Positions 51,401 through 60,925 of a stretch of DNA of 64,000 bases are shown here, in pieces (the first letter of the stretch is position 1; each line of letters opens with the position of its first letter). Both the position numbers and the translations under genes were made by a program. Below the pieces are notes generated by a model. It was not told the DNA's origin, ran no database searches, and saw only the letters and a program-made list of their open reading frames with translations. Source of the stretch: Clostridia bacterium (GTDB lineage: Bacteria > Bacillota > Clostridia > Christensenellales > CAG-1252); NCBI GenBank assembly GCA_017444385.1, contig JAFSWQ010000013.1:60382-124381 (forward strand). The letters are read 5' to 3'.

Positions 51401-53023
51401 GTAGAATTTGAAAGAGGGTACTTCGTAATTGGATATCAAGGTGTCCGAATCGGTGACTTTGAATTTAATAACGTCTATCACTTCGTCGGTGAGTCCGTTT
51501 ACCCTCGTCAAAGTGTATTCGTTTTCCGTCCATTTGGCGGTGACGGTGATATTCGTGCAAATATTCTTGGTCGTGGTTATCGCTTGATTGTTGTAGAACC
51601 AACCCTCGAAGGTAAATCCGCGCCTTACCGCGTCTTCGAAATCAATGGGGGCGTCTTGCGAGAAGGTCTCGGCATTTAGGTTGGTCGCGGGGGTGTCCAC
51701 CCCGTCCGAAAGAACGTAGGTCACCGTGTACTCTATCGCGGTAAAGTGAGCCGTCAAGACCATATCCCCCGTGGTGCCTTTTCTTATACCCGTTATCGTC
51801 GCGCCGCCGTAATCGGTGTAATGGCTGAAAACGTAGCCTGCGGGCGCAGTGTAGTTAGGTAATTGCGCGGGGCGGGGCAGAGGCTTTTCGTCGTCAACGT
51901 CGTAGGTGGCGTTACCCATAAAGTTGCCCTTGTCATCGTAGAAAGAAATGGTGTAATTGGCTTTTTGCCACTTCGCCGTCAATGTGATATCGCTTTCTAC
52001 AATGGCGGTGAAATCGAATTTAGCGTTGTCTTCGTCATACCAACCTATGAACACCCAGCCCGTGCGTCTTGCGTCGGGGTTTGCCACCAAGCCGTCTTTG
52101 GTCTGTACGTCGAACACGGCGCCCTCTTCGTAATTCTCGTTGAAGGTTACGGTGTAAACGGGGTAGGGTACTTTAACGGTGTATTCGAGCGTCGCTTTTA
52201 TCGTTCGCCTTTCGCTATCGGTGAAGGATATCGTGCAGGACTTTTCGCCTAATTCGGAAGAGGAAAAACCGCTCACTTTGAAAGTAGAGTCGTAGACGTA
52301 TTCGGCTACGTCGCCGTTTTCATATTCCACTCTGAATTTAACGCCCGAAAGCGCTGACGATAGTTCCGCCGTACTATCGTCGAGATAGACGGATATCGCT
52401 TTGTCGTAGGTGACAGTTTTAGCGGCGGGGAGTTGCAAAACGGTATATTCCCAAGTTGCCGTAACGTCGCCGTAGTCGGTAACGACGGTAACGTCGGCTT
52501 TTTTCGAACCTACTTTTGAAGTGGAAAAATTCTTTATCCAAATGCCTTTAATACGCAATTCCACTTCGCCCACGTCTTTGACGGTAACTACCGCCTTGCC
52601 CGTTTTAAGATATCCGTCGCCGTCAAGCGGAAGTTCCGCGTTGAAATAGATGGACTCGGGCATATCGACGAGTCTCACTTCGGTTATTCTCGAAACAATG
52701 TCGGCGGGCGAAACCGAGTACTTCAAAATCGCGGTAAAGTTTTGGTAAACGATACGCAAACTCTTTGAGGCGGCTTCCGAATTCGTGTTGAATTGCGCCG
52801 CGTCGAACATACCCTCGCTTACGGGTAAGATTTCTTGACTTCCGTCCGAATAGTTTACGGTAACGTACATTCCCGTAAGATCTATCTCGTCGCCGACTTT
52901 GTAATCGGTCTTGTAATTGCCCGAGAGCGTAACGGACGTTATCGTGACGTCTTCCTTCGCGCAAGCCGCGAACAAGCAGACGACGACGGTCAGTATTATA
53001 ACGATAGCGAATAATTTTTTCAT
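48419..53023 (-). CDS. Large surface lipoprotein with bacterial Ig-like domains, many Listeria-Bacteroides (Flg_new) repeats and C-terminal BspA-type LRRs
   Basis: LFAAC lipobox; KTDYKVGDEIDLTG.. Ig-like motif; recurrent GY.F.GWY...LYAKW units; AFENC/AFNGC LRRs. Confidence 0.88.
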   Translation of the reverse strand: MKKLFAIVIILTVVVCLFAACAKEDVTITSVTLSGNYKTDYKVGDEIDLTGMYVTVNYSDGSQEILPVSEGMFDAAQFNTNSEAASKSLRIVYQNFTAILKYSVSPADIVSRITEVRLVDMPESIYFNAELPLDGDGYLKTGKAVVTVKDVGEVELRIKGIWIKNFSTSKVGSKKADVTVVTDYGDVTATWEYTVLQLPAAKTVTYDKAISVYLDDSTAELSSALSGVKFRVEYENGDVAEYVYDSTFKVSGFSSSELGEKSCTISFTDSERRTIKATLEYTVKVPYPVYTVTFNENYEEGAVFDVQTKDGLVANPDARRTGWVFIGWYDEDNAKFDFTAIVESDITLTAKWQKANYTISFYDDKGNFMGNATYDVDDEKPLPRPAQLPNYTAPAGYVFSHYTDYGGATITGIRKGTTGDMVLTAHFTAIEYTVTYVLSDGVDTPATNLNAETFSQDAPIDFEDAVRRGFTFEGWFYNNQAITTTKNICTNITVTAKWTENEYTLTRVNGLTDEVIDVIKFKVTDSDTLISNYEVPSFKFYGWFTDKSYSASSEYSKTSEGRYKIPARSSGDVTLYAKLETCYTLSLDTLILDGINPKVINVTFVENDDKVTLLIPTRPGCTFTNWRNLDLNLTYSNEDDLVGETEAIDIATAPIIELIVSNKLRDNTLPLIAYYDVHSHVIRHHFYTDFDGVEYIREVEYETTVRKNLLVPADSAFIPRNGFNFVDWYRDPEYKTSRVEYIEAETADEDIDVYAKWSAITYTITLHYNKEDDGYLVKADIPATYTANDEFTLKVPSYPNYNFEGWFDDEEFLSHHPTDIRKGNYGNMVLYAKWTPVTYIMTLKNMENAVYPGLRAYTLEDEIVVLETPTKTGYNFGGWYKESTFIHKVTSFVPAEVGANYTAWAKWDVKTYTVNYVYNDSEDFPASSENPASFLYGASPDLEDATRNGYDFISWYSRPAVNGTFNEVYAINALSVSLANENDEITVYAEWIKGEYSITYVCEEADVSSLPTKYTIDGMRVGSKYTYTLPLPTRAHYVCVWTLDGESITDLGGEGFVYRDITLTATWTPVNYALTFRVNGKTGVLNYNAEDFVNGVYVLPTYEELLTAGVFAENSLVGKYVEYWKIGTTETSEITIDKLNKYTLDGSLANTVYHLTYSLPDGATLIEGATGQNPETFTYNTTIKVTSAELTGYVFDAWYTDAEFVNKAGTVSSGITSIKTPADDLTLYAKFAVIRTITYVDAEGMTLSGKVETYTELASKPLGNPTKTGYNFGGWWCLTLNKNVTETADFGSTDNVRVQPLFYESKTNGVSNTANLRFSLSGSNATLSSIGSVSGKLVIPASVSGYTVTKIAAAVFSGNKSITSVTIDENILEVGNRAFENCTAITSLVIKGSAIIKNEAFNGCSALKTIEISADATVNENVFSGCSKVETLTYDGTNGSNQLAVYRLFGGAATYDGNYVPATLTTFYFNGSDSLKGILLHCESITKLYILSDEQVTITGTDLTVLNGKTVYVKTQALADAYSVSYSGVTFAVA

Positions 53024-53368
53024 AGTTTCACCGTTTTGTTTAACTGTTTTAGAGCGTTTTCTTTTATTGATAATTACTATTTATATAATTTATCAAATAA
53101 AAATAATAACTCATTTTATATTATACTTATTTTTATACCCTTTGTCAATATTCGTTCGAGGTGAAGCGGCAAGAGGGAAAAGTAAATCGGCGTGCTAACT
53201 CTAACGCTTAATCGGGCGAAGTGAAATAAACTCAAATTATCGTAAGGGATTCCGATGCGTTTCCCATTATTACATTATCTTGTAGCAATCCTCTTTAATA
53301 CCATTATTTCGCAATGTTTTTTCGCTTTTTCTCTTTATTTTTCTTTTTTTATATTGTATAATAAACGT

Positions 53369-54109
53369 ATGAAAAAAACGGTAGTTTTCTTTGCTTTGAT
53401 ATTTATCGCCGTCTTCGCGGCGTCCTGCCTTCCCGCTTTTGCGGACGAGGGGGACTATTACGTCGTGGGAGAGAGTAAGATATCCTTTTACGTTGAAGTT
53501 CAATACGCCGCCCCTCAAGAAAAGTTCGAGATACCCAAAGGTTTCGCAATCAAGGTGGTAGGCTCTTCCGTGAACAACTATACCCCCGTCGAGTATTCGG
53601 GGCTTCGCGGCCTCGTCAAGAGCGACGAATTGGCTAATTGCGTCAAAACCGCGTCGCCCGAGCGTATATCCCCCACTTTTTTATTGACGGCGCGTCCCCC
53701 GAAAGCGTACACCGCGATAAATAACGGAATAGAGAAGAATCTCACCGACAAGCAGGCGGTATTCCTCGGCGTAGCTTCGTCTTCGGACGGCGCGTACTAC
53801 GCGGTAAAAGTGGACGATGAGATTTGCTATATTTACGAGTCCAACGTCGAGAATAAGACCGATCTCGACAACTATCTTAATCCCAAGACCGAAGTGGATC
53901 CCGACCCCATCGTCACCCCTTCGGGCAACGGCGAAAAAAGCGAGGAAGAGGGCGGTAAAAACAACGTCGTTCTTCGTATCATATTGATAGCGGGCATAGT
54001 TATCCCCGCCGTTATAGTCGTTATACTTTTGTTCAAACCTCGTAAAGCGAATACGAAAAAACGCCGCCAACTCGAAGACGACGGAATGCGTTACGAAGAT
54101 TTCGAATAA
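53369..54109 (+). CDS. Secreted/membrane-anchored hypothetical protein (SH3-like beta domains)
   Basis: Signal peptide ending AFA, C-terminal TM helix with basic tail. Confidence 0.7.
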   Translation: MKKTVVFFALIFIAVFAASCLPAFADEGDYYVVGESKISFYVEVQYAAPQEKFEIPKGFAIKVVGSSVNNYTPVEYSGLRGLVKSDELANCVKTASPERISPTFLLTARPPKAYTAINNGIEKNLTDKQAVFLGVASSSDGAYYAVKVDDEICYIYESNVENKTDLDNYLNPKTEVDPDPIVTPSGNGEKSEEEGGKNNVVLRIILIAGIVIPAVIVVILLFKPRKANTKKRRQLEDDGMRYEDFE

Positions 54110-54170
54110 TTATTTCATTTTAACTTTCTTTTAATAGGGAAGATCTACAATTTGACTGAAGAGGTGAAAT

Positions 54171-54854
54171 ATGAGAATACTTTTGGTTGAAGATAATTAC
54201 GATCTTTCAGACGTTTTGACGAACGTATTCCGCAAAGAGAAATACGAAGTTCTTTGCGCGTACGACGGCGAAGAGGGCTTGATGTACGCTTTGGAAAACA
54301 TATACGATATTATCATTTTGGACGTTATGATGCCCAAAATGAACGGCTTTGAGGTTTTGAAAAAGATAAGAGAAGCGAAACTATCCGTGCCCGTAATTAT
54401 GCTCACCGCTTTAAGCGAGGAAAAGGACAAGATCAAGGGTTTGGACGGCGGCGCGGACGATTATTTACCCAAGCCGTTTTCAACGCCCGAACTTTTGGCT
54501 CGCGTTCGCGCGCTCACCCGTAGAAAAGGCGAATTGCTTGAAAATAACGAATTGAAGTTTATGGACGTGTCCTTGAATTATTCCTCGCGCACGTTGAATT
54601 ACAAGGATAAGAGCATAGGCTTGTCGGTCAAGGAATTCAACATTATGGATTACCTGTTATCCAATCCCACCGCGATAGCCGAAAAGGAAAAGTTAATATC
54701 CCGCGTTTGGGGTTTGGACAACGATTTCGAATCCAATAATCTCGAGGCGTTTATGTCGTTTTTGAGAAAGAAACTCGACTATCTCAAAGCGCCTTTTTAT
54801 ATCAATTCGAAGAGAGGTGTAGGTTATCAACTCGTTCCGAGAGAAGTACAGTAA
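54171..54854 (+). CDS. OmpR-family response regulator
   Basis: LLVED, LDVMMP, GADDYLPKPF, RGVGY. Confidence 0.95.
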   Translation: MRILLVEDNYDLSDVLTNVFRKEKYEVLCAYDGEEGLMYALENIYDIIILDVMMPKMNGFEVLKKIREAKLSVPVIMLTALSEEKDKIKGLDGGADDYLPKPFSTPELLARVRALTRRKGELLENNELKFMDVSLNYSSRTLNYKDKSIGLSVKEFNIMDYLLSNPTAIAEKEKLISRVWGLDNDFESNNLEAFMSFLRKKLDYLKAPFYINSKRGVGYQLVPREVQ

Positions 54855-54861
54855 ATTACCC

Positions 54862-56040
54862 TTGATAACGAGATTAAGACTTCGTTTCACTCTTACGGTG
54901 GTATTTATATCCGCCGTTATCTTTTTCGTTATATTGTCCACAGTTTTCTTAGCGGCGTACTTCGTGACGATGCGAAGGATAAAAACCACGACTTCCAACG
55001 TTTTATCTCGCGGTTACTATCAGGACGCGTCGCTTGAAGAATCGGGTTATCTTTTGGTTTACGTTAAAGGCTCGACCTTTTTCGTAAAGAGAAGCGCGAC
55101 GTACACCGAAAAAGAGCAGAAAAACATAATACAAACTATGGTAAATTCGGATAGCGAGATATTCGATTGCGACGGTAGATTTTTCTATTACGACTACGTT
55201 TACGTTGAAGACGGCGCAACTTTATACGCCGCGTATAATCTCACCGCCGAATTAAAAACGCTTCGGGCTCTGACGATAATATTGATCCTTGCCGACGTTC
55301 TTTGCGCTTTGCTCGGCGGAATAATCGGTTGGCTGTGTTCGAAGTCCATTTTCGCCCCTTTGAAAGTCGCGTTGGATAAGCAAAGCGAACTTATCGCCAA
55401 CGCTTCGCACGAATTGAAAACCCCTTTGGCGGTTATTTCCGCGCAAACCGAACTCGTGAAAAGCGAAGTTAACGACGAAAAGACTATGAAGTGGCTTGAA
55501 GGGATAGAAACGCAAACCAAGAGGATGGAAACTTTAATACGCGAAATGCTCGAATTATCCAAACTCGAAGCGAATAAAAAAGTAGTAGTCGAGGAAGTGG
55601 ACGTAAGCGACCTCGTAGAGAGCGTATGCTTGACTATGGAAGCGCCTTGTTTCGAGAAAAACGTAGAGCTTAAAACCGAGATAAATCCCGATATCAAAAT
55701 GACCACGGATAGGGCGAAACTCGAAAAACTCATAACCATTTTATTCGATAACGCGGTTAAATACACATCGGGCGGCGGCGAGATAGCGGTTACTCTCGAA
55801 AAGAAAAAGAACCTCGTTTTTTCCATTCGCAACACAGGGGAAGGCATAGAAAAAGACAAAATAGACAAGATTTTCGACCGCTTTTACCGTCAGGACGAAT
55901 CCCACTCGGATAACGGTTCTTCTTTCGGTTTGGGGCTTGCCATCGCAAAGTCGCTCGTCGAAGCCATGCAAGGCTCTATCACCTGCGAAAGCGTGGTGAA
56001 CGAATACACCAAATTTATAGTAGTCCTACCGAACGCGTGA
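54862..56040 (+). CDS. Sensor histidine kinase
   Basis: Two TM helices, ASHELKTPL, DNAVKY, GLGLAIAK. Confidence 0.93.
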   Translation: MITRLRLRFTLTVVFISAVIFFVILSTVFLAAYFVTMRRIKTTTSNVLSRGYYQDASLEESGYLLVYVKGSTFFVKRSATYTEKEQKNIIQTMVNSDSEIFDCDGRFFYYDYVYVEDGATLYAAYNLTAELKTLRALTIILILADVLCALLGGIIGWLCSKSIFAPLKVALDKQSELIANASHELKTPLAVISAQTELVKSEVNDEKTMKWLEGIETQTKRMETLIREMLELSKLEANKKVVVEEVDVSDLVESVCLTMEAPCFEKNVELKTEINPDIKMTTDRAKLEKLITILFDNAVKYTSGGGEIAVTLEKKKNLVFSIRNTGEGIEKDKIDKIFDRFYRQDESHSDNGSSFGLGLAIAKSLVEAMQGSITCESVVNEYTKFIVVLPNA

Positions 56041-56156
56041 AATCTTGCTACGCAAGAATGATAATTCGCTAACGCGAAAATTATAACTCACTGCGTTCGT
56101 ATTATATCTTGCTACGCAAGATTTTTTTCGTCATGTTGAGCTTGTCGAAACATCTC
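56041..56156. repeat. String of short hairpins followed by a CGTC B unit
   Basis: ATCTTGCTACGCAAGA twice, TTCGCTAACGCGAA, ACTCACTGCGTTCGT; CGTCATGTTGAGCTTGTCGAAACATCTC at 56129. Confidence 0.7.
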
Positions 56157-56192
56157 TTTCGCATAATCTAATATCAATCCTTTCATTCTTTC

Positions 56193-56222
56193 GTATCTAT
56201 TAACTATTTTCAAAGCATACTA
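56193..56222 (+). promoter_or_regulatory. Forespore sigma-G/F-like promoter
   Basis: GTATC-18-CATACTA just before the ytfI-like gene. Confidence 0.55.
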
Positions 56223-56227
56223 AACCT

Positions 56228-56692
56228 ATGCTTTACGTCGTTATTATTCTAACTTTACCCTTTTTACCTCTATTGATTATTCCGCTTGGGTTTCGTTTGT
56301 CTTTTAGCGTTGAGCCGAGCGGCAACGTCATCCTTATAATAAGGCTGTATTCCTTGAAACTTTTTTCGTTAGTTCGCGAGCCGACGGGTTTGACGAAGCT
56401 TTCCAAAAAGGCGTTCGAGTCTAAAAAACTAACCCCGAAAGCCCGCAAACTGCTCGTAAAACTCGCATTGAAAATAAAGCCCACGTTATTTCTTACTCTC
56501 GTGGACGAATTGGATCCCTTCAAAGTAGCTATTCTAAACGGATTAGGGACTATCTTGAAAAACTATTTCGGAAAGGTCATAGTCAAGACGTATTCTTCCC
56601 GCCGACCTACCGTCCTTATAAATTGTTTATTGAATTTTTCTCTTTTGCAAGTATTAAGCGCGGTTTTTAGTCATACTAACGGAAAGGAGTAA
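56228..56692 (+). CDS. YtfI/DUF2953-like sporulation membrane protein
   Basis: N-terminal hydrophobic helix; conserved position upstream of ytfJ. Confidence 0.55.
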   Translation: MLYVVIILTLPFLPLLIIPLGFRLSFSVEPSGNVILIIRLYSLKLFSLVREPTGLTKLSKKAFESKKLTPKARKLLVKLALKIKPTLFLTLVDELDPFKVAILNGLGTILKNYFGKVIVKTYSSRRPTVLINCLLNFSLLQVLSAVFSHTNGKE

Positions 56693-56694
56693 AA

Positions 56695-57030
56695 ATGAAC
56701 GAAAACGAATTGCTTGAAAAAACGGTATTGAATTTGAAAGACCTCGTTGATTCGGACGCGGTGATAGGTAAAACCATTATGAGCGGCGGAAACGTCGTCA
56801 TTCCCGTTTCACGAGTAACGGTGGGTATGGTGTCGGGTAGCGGCTCGGGCGAAAAGACCAAGAGAGGCGCGTCCGAGGGATTAGCCGGGGGCGCGGGCGG
56901 CAGCGTGCAACCCGTAGGGTTTTTGGTGATAGGCAACGGCGTGAGATTTATAAGCGTCGGGAAAGAGGAGGAGAATAAATGGTTGAATTTGTTAAGTTCC
57001 GCTATCGACTTTATAAAGTCCTCTACCTGA
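56695..57030 (+). CDS. ytfJ: Sporulation protein YtfJ (GerW family)
   Basis: VIG......VIPVSRVTVG...GGAGGSVQPVGFLVI. Confidence 0.88.
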   Translation: MNENELLEKTVLNLKDLVDSDAVIGKTIMSGGNVVIPVSRVTVGMVSGSGSGEKTKRGASEGLAGGAGGSVQPVGFLVIGNGVRFISVGKEEENKWLNLLSSAIDFIKSST

Positions 57031-58034
57031 CGTTAGCAGTCTTTCTATTCGCTTTTTTCTCGTCGCTCGTTTCACCGCGCGTTTACGCTTTTGCCGACGT
57101 AGAAACATTCAAAGGGCGCGCTTACGTCGTGATGGAATCGGACAGTTTGAGAGTGCTTTCCGCGATGAACGAAGAGAGAATAAAAGAGCCTGCGAGTACG
57201 ACTAAAATACTTACCGCGATTTGCGTTTTGGAAAACGCCGATATCGAAAAGAGTATAGAAATACCCAAAGCCGCAGTAGGCGTGGAAGGCTCGTCGATAT
57301 ACCTCAAAGAAGGCGAAAAGTGGCGAATAAAAGACCTAATATACGGTTTGATGACGCGTAGCGGTAACGACGCGGCGGTCGCTCTCGCGATAGCGACTTC
57401 GGGCAGCGTGGAAAAATTCGTCGACCTTATGAACGCCACCGCGTTCAAGGCGGGAGCGTTTTCTTCGCGTTTCGATAATCCTCACGGGCTACATTCCCCT
57501 AATCACTACGTTACGGCGAAAGACCTCGCTTTGATCACCGCCTACGCTATGAAAAATCCCACCTTCCGCGATATCGCGTCTTCGAAGAGTTACACTTTCC
57601 GCTTTGGGGACGAAACGCGTACCTTCGTCAATAAAAACAAAATGCTATCCCTCTACGACGGGGCGATAGGCGTAAAAACCGGCTATACCAAAGCGTCGGG
57701 GCGGTGCCTCGTTTCGGCGGCAGAGAGAAACGGCTTGCGCCTTATTTGCGTAGTTCTCAACGAGTCGGATATGTGGGGGAAGAGTATGAGTTTGCTCGAC
57801 GCGGCGTACGCGGAATATGAGAATTGTATGGTCTTAAACGGCGAACCTTTCGTCTTGAATTCTCTTTCTTTCGTCACGAAGCCGCGCTATTATCCTCTTA
57901 AAAGAGAGGAAAAGGCTGCGTTAAGAGTCGAGTACACCGTTACGCGTTCTTCAAGAGCCTTTCAAGAGGCGGGCTACGCTAACGTTTGGATAGGCGATCG
58001 TTTGATTTTTTGCGAAAAGGTATATACAATTTAA
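56979..58034 (+). CDS. D-alanyl-D-alanine carboxypeptidase (DacB/DacF type)
   Basis: PASTTKI (SxxK), SGND, NPHGL, KTGYT. Confidence 0.92.
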   Translation: MVEFVKFRYRLYKVLYLTLAVFLFAFFSSLVSPRVYAFADVETFKGRAYVVMESDSLRVLSAMNEERIKEPASTTKILTAICVLENADIEKSIEIPKAAVGVEGSSIYLKEGEKWRIKDLIYGLMTRSGNDAAVALAIATSGSVEKFVDLMNATAFKAGAFSSRFDNPHGLHSPNHYVTAKDLALITAYAMKNPTFRDIASSKSYTFRFGDETRTFVNKNKMLSLYDGAIGVKTGYTKASGRCLVSAAERNGLRLICVVLNESDMWGKSMSLLDAAYAEYENCMVLNGEPFVLNSLSFVTKPRYYPLKREEKAALRVEYTVTRSSRAFQEAGYANVWIGDRLIFCEKVYTI

Positions 58035-58080
58035 TAAAAATATAGTATAATGATTGAAAGATAAACTTTCGAGGTATGCT

Positions 58081-58785
58081 ATGAGAATAAATAAATACGT
58101 CGCGGAATGCGGCGTCGCTTCCCGTCGCGGAGCGGACGAATTGATACTGAACGGTAGGATAAGCGTTAACGGCAAGAAAGTGACCGAGCTCGGTCTCGAC
58201 GTTTCCGAAAAGGACGTCGTGTATTTCGACGGCAAAAGGATACGCCCGGTATCTCGCTATTCCTATCTTATGCTGTATAAGCCGAAAGGCTGTATTTGCT
58301 CTGCGCGCGACGAACACGGCAGAAAAACCGTCTACGATTACGTCGAACTTGACAAAAAACTATCTATCGTCGGTCGTTTGGACTACGATAGCGAGGGGTT
58401 ATTGCTTCTCACTAACGACGGCGACCTCGTTAATAAACTCACGCACCCTTCTTTTGAAGTCCCCAAAACCTATATCGTAAAGGTGGAAGGCGAGGTAAGC
58501 GAAGCGGAAATTCAAAGGTTAAGCAACAGTATGGATATCGGGCGAGGCGAGCAAACAAAAGGGGCGAAAGTCACTTTGCTTGACGTGGAAAATCGAATAT
58601 CGCGATTGGAAATAACCATCAGCGAAGGTAAAAACAGGGAAATTCGCCGTATGATGGAAAGTATCGGCAAAAACGTTATCTTCCTAAAACGCGTAGCCAT
58701 CGGCGACCTTCGTTTGGGCGGATTGTCGAGAGGTAAAACGAGATATCTTAACGACAAAGAGATTAAATATTTGAAATCTCTTTAA
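58081..58785 (+). CDS. rluB: RluB/RsuA-family pseudouridine synthase
   Basis: S4 domain MRINKYVA.CGVASRR, GRLDYDSEGLLLLTND, EGKNREIRRM. Confidence 0.9.
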   Translation: MRINKYVAECGVASRRGADELILNGRISVNGKKVTELGLDVSEKDVVYFDGKRIRPVSRYSYLMLYKPKGCICSARDEHGRKTVYDYVELDKKLSIVGRLDYDSEGLLLLTNDGDLVNKLTHPSFEVPKTYIVKVEGEVSEAEIQRLSNSMDIGRGEQTKGAKVTLLDVENRISRLEITISEGKNREIRRMMESIGKNVIFLKRVAIGDLRLGGLSRGKTRYLNDKEIKYLKSL

Positions 58786-58794
58786 GGAGGGGCT

Positions 58795-59973
58795 ATGAGT
58801 ATTTTGTGTCCCGTTTGCGGCGCTACATTAGCGAAAAAAGTCGACCGTTGCGCGAGTTGCGGCACCGACGTAAAAGAGATTTTGGTCAAGCTTAAAAAGG
58901 AAAAAGAGAACTTGGCTAACGTCGACTTTCCTAAATACTCCACCGCCGAACTCGACGAACTTTTCGAATTCGTTGAAAACGGAAGCGGATACGGCATAGT
59001 CGAATATATGGGCAACGACGAAAAGGTCTTCGTGCCTTCCCGTTACAAAGGTAGAGCGGTAAACGCGATAAAGGCTAACGCCTTCGAGGGTAGCGACGTT
59101 ACCGAGGTTTATATGCCTGTGTCTGTGAGGATCATAGAGCACGACGCATTCGCCGCCTGTTACAAGTTGAAGTCGGTATTACTGCCCAATAAACTGCAAG
59201 AGATCGGCGCGGCGGCTTTTATGGACTGCAATTCCATAGCTTGGCTGGATATCCCCGATAGCGTGAAAGAGATCGGCGAGAGGGCGTTCAGCGGTTGCGT
59301 TTCCCTCTATAGAATCAAAATGTCCGAAAACGTCGAGATCATACCTTCGTATTGTTTCGAGAATTGTTCATCTTTGCCGTATTACGTTTTCGGCGAGAAG
59401 GTTAAAGACGTTTCTTCCTACGCCTTTTTGAATTGCCATAAAATTAAGAAGATAAAGTTTAACGAAGGGCTCGCGCATATAGGGGACTTCGCTTTTTCGG
59501 GTTGCTACGCGTTAGAGCGCGCAATTCTTCCCGAGAGCCTCGTAGAACTTGCGGACGGCGCGTTTTACGACTGTTCTTCATTGAGCGCGGCTTATGTGGG
59601 CGAGAAAACCGTCGCTTTGTCGGGCGATTGTTTCTACGCGTGCAATTCCCTCGTTAAATTCAAGGTCAGCGAGAAAAACGCTCGTTTTTACGTAGACGGA
59701 AACGCGATCATAAATAGGCTGGGCGAGGTTTTGACGGTGGGTTGTAAAGCCACCGTGATACCCCCTCAAGTAGTCAGCATCGCGCGCGCCGCGTTTTCGG
59801 GCTATTCGTTCGAAGGCTCTATTGAGATACCTTCCACCGTGAGATATATGGAAGGCGAAGCGGTGTTCAACAACGCCAACTTCACGATAGTCGCGGACTA
59901 TCCCGTTAAGCCCGAACAGTGGAACGATAAATGGGTTGTCGGCGATACTACGGTGGTCTGGAAGACCAAATAA
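58795..59973 (+). CDS. Zinc-ribbon + BspA-type leucine-rich repeat protein
   Basis: CPVCG...CASCG; repeated IG..AF..C..L..I.LP units; no signal peptide. Confidence 0.85.
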   Translation: MSILCPVCGATLAKKVDRCASCGTDVKEILVKLKKEKENLANVDFPKYSTAELDELFEFVENGSGYGIVEYMGNDEKVFVPSRYKGRAVNAIKANAFEGSDVTEVYMPVSVRIIEHDAFAACYKLKSVLLPNKLQEIGAAAFMDCNSIAWLDIPDSVKEIGERAFSGCVSLYRIKMSENVEIIPSYCFENCSSLPYYVFGEKVKDVSSYAFLNCHKIKKIKFNEGLAHIGDFAFSGCYALERAILPESLVELADGAFYDCSSLSAAYVGEKTVALSGDCFYACNSLVKFKVSEKNARFYVDGNAIINRLGEVLTVGCKATVIPPQVVSIARAAFSGYSFEGSIEIPSTVRYMEGEAVFNNANFTIVADYPVKPEQWNDKWVVGDTTVVWKTK

Positions 59974-60001
59974 CGTCGGTTTAAAATTTTTAATTGTTAT
60001 T

Positions 60002-60045
60002 GTCCCATTACGTTTATAGTAATATTACGTATTGGGACTTTTTTT
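60002..60045 (+). terminator. Terminator
   Basis: GTCCCA.TACG...CGTA.TGGGAC-TTTTTT. Confidence 0.65.
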
Positions 60046-60104
60046 ATCCCGCAATCCTTACCGTGTTTTGAGAATCCCTTAACGCGAAACCCATTCTATC
60101 AGTA

Positions 60105-60217
60105 CGTCATCCTGAGCCGCGGCTTGCCGCGAGTCGAAGGATCCCCTAAAAAGAGGTAACTATCTTATAAAAGTATGTCGACAAGGAAGAGATGTTTCGA
60201 CTACGCTCAACATGACG
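60105..60217. repeat. CGTC REP-like pair (A with loop insertion, inverted B)
   Basis: CGTCATCCTGAGCCGCGGCTTGCCGCGAGTCGAAGGATCCCC; GAGATGTTTCGACTACGCTCAACATGACG. Confidence 0.85.
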
Positions 60218-60254
60218 AAAAACTATTTTCGTAACGCGAAACGACGGTCGTTCG

Positions 60255-60455
60255 TTATTGTATTCCGTCGCGTCTACCGTCGCATATATTCCCGAAATTG
60301 CCCATTCCGCCGGCTAATAGAAGCGCAAACGCCGAGAAGATAAGCAATAGCGATTCCGTCGAATTGATACCGTTCCCCGAAAACGAGAAGAGAAGAAGCA
60401 AAATAAGCATAAACAGCATACCGTTGTTACCGAAGTTTCCAAAGTTTCCAAACAT
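60255..60455 (-). CDS. Small Gly/Asn-rich hydrophobic protein, probably sporulation-associated
   Basis: Perfect AAGGAGGT SD; two hydrophobic helices; upstream CACA-16-CATATCGT sigma-K-like promoter. Confidence 0.7.
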   Translation of the reverse strand: MFGNFGNFGNNGMLFMLILLLLFSFSGNGINSTESLLLIFSAFALLLAGGMGNFGNICDGRRDGIQ

Positions 60456-60544
60456 AAATAAACCTCCTTTATTTTCGACCGCTTTCGTCGCGTTTCTTTC
60501 GTATTCGACTTTGTGTTACACGATATGAAAGTTATTATAAAAAT

Positions 60545-60874
60545 GTGAACGATCTCAAAATCAACGATAGACAAAAAAGCCTCGTGGATTATTATTTGCC
60601 GTCCGTATCGAAGCTGGAAAAACTCGCCGCGATATACCAAGTATTCTCGGACAAAACGCGTTTAAGAATACTTTTCGCGTTGTGTATTTGCCCTATGTGC
60701 GTAAACGATATCGCCAAAACTACGGGGATAAATCGCTCTACCGTTTCCCATCAACTCGCGGCTATAAAGGTGCACGGCTTCGTTAAAGGTCGGAGCGAGG
60801 GCAAAAACGTTATATATTTTATCTCGGACGCGAGAGTTAAAGGGCTATTATCCGCAGGCACCAAAGCGTATTGA
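60545..60874 (+). CDS. ArsR/SmtB-family regulator
   Basis: FSDKTRLRIL, MCVNDIA, STVSHQL, EGKNVIY. Confidence 0.85.
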   Translation: MNDLKINDRQKSLVDYYLPSVSKLEKLAAIYQVFSDKTRLRILFALCICPMCVNDIAKTTGINRSTVSHQLAAIKVHGFVKGRSEGKNVIYFISDARVKGLLSAGTKAY

Positions 60875-60925
60875 GATTTGTTTTTGCAAGCATCATCGAG
60901 AATAAAAGCAGGCGGGTCTTATAAA

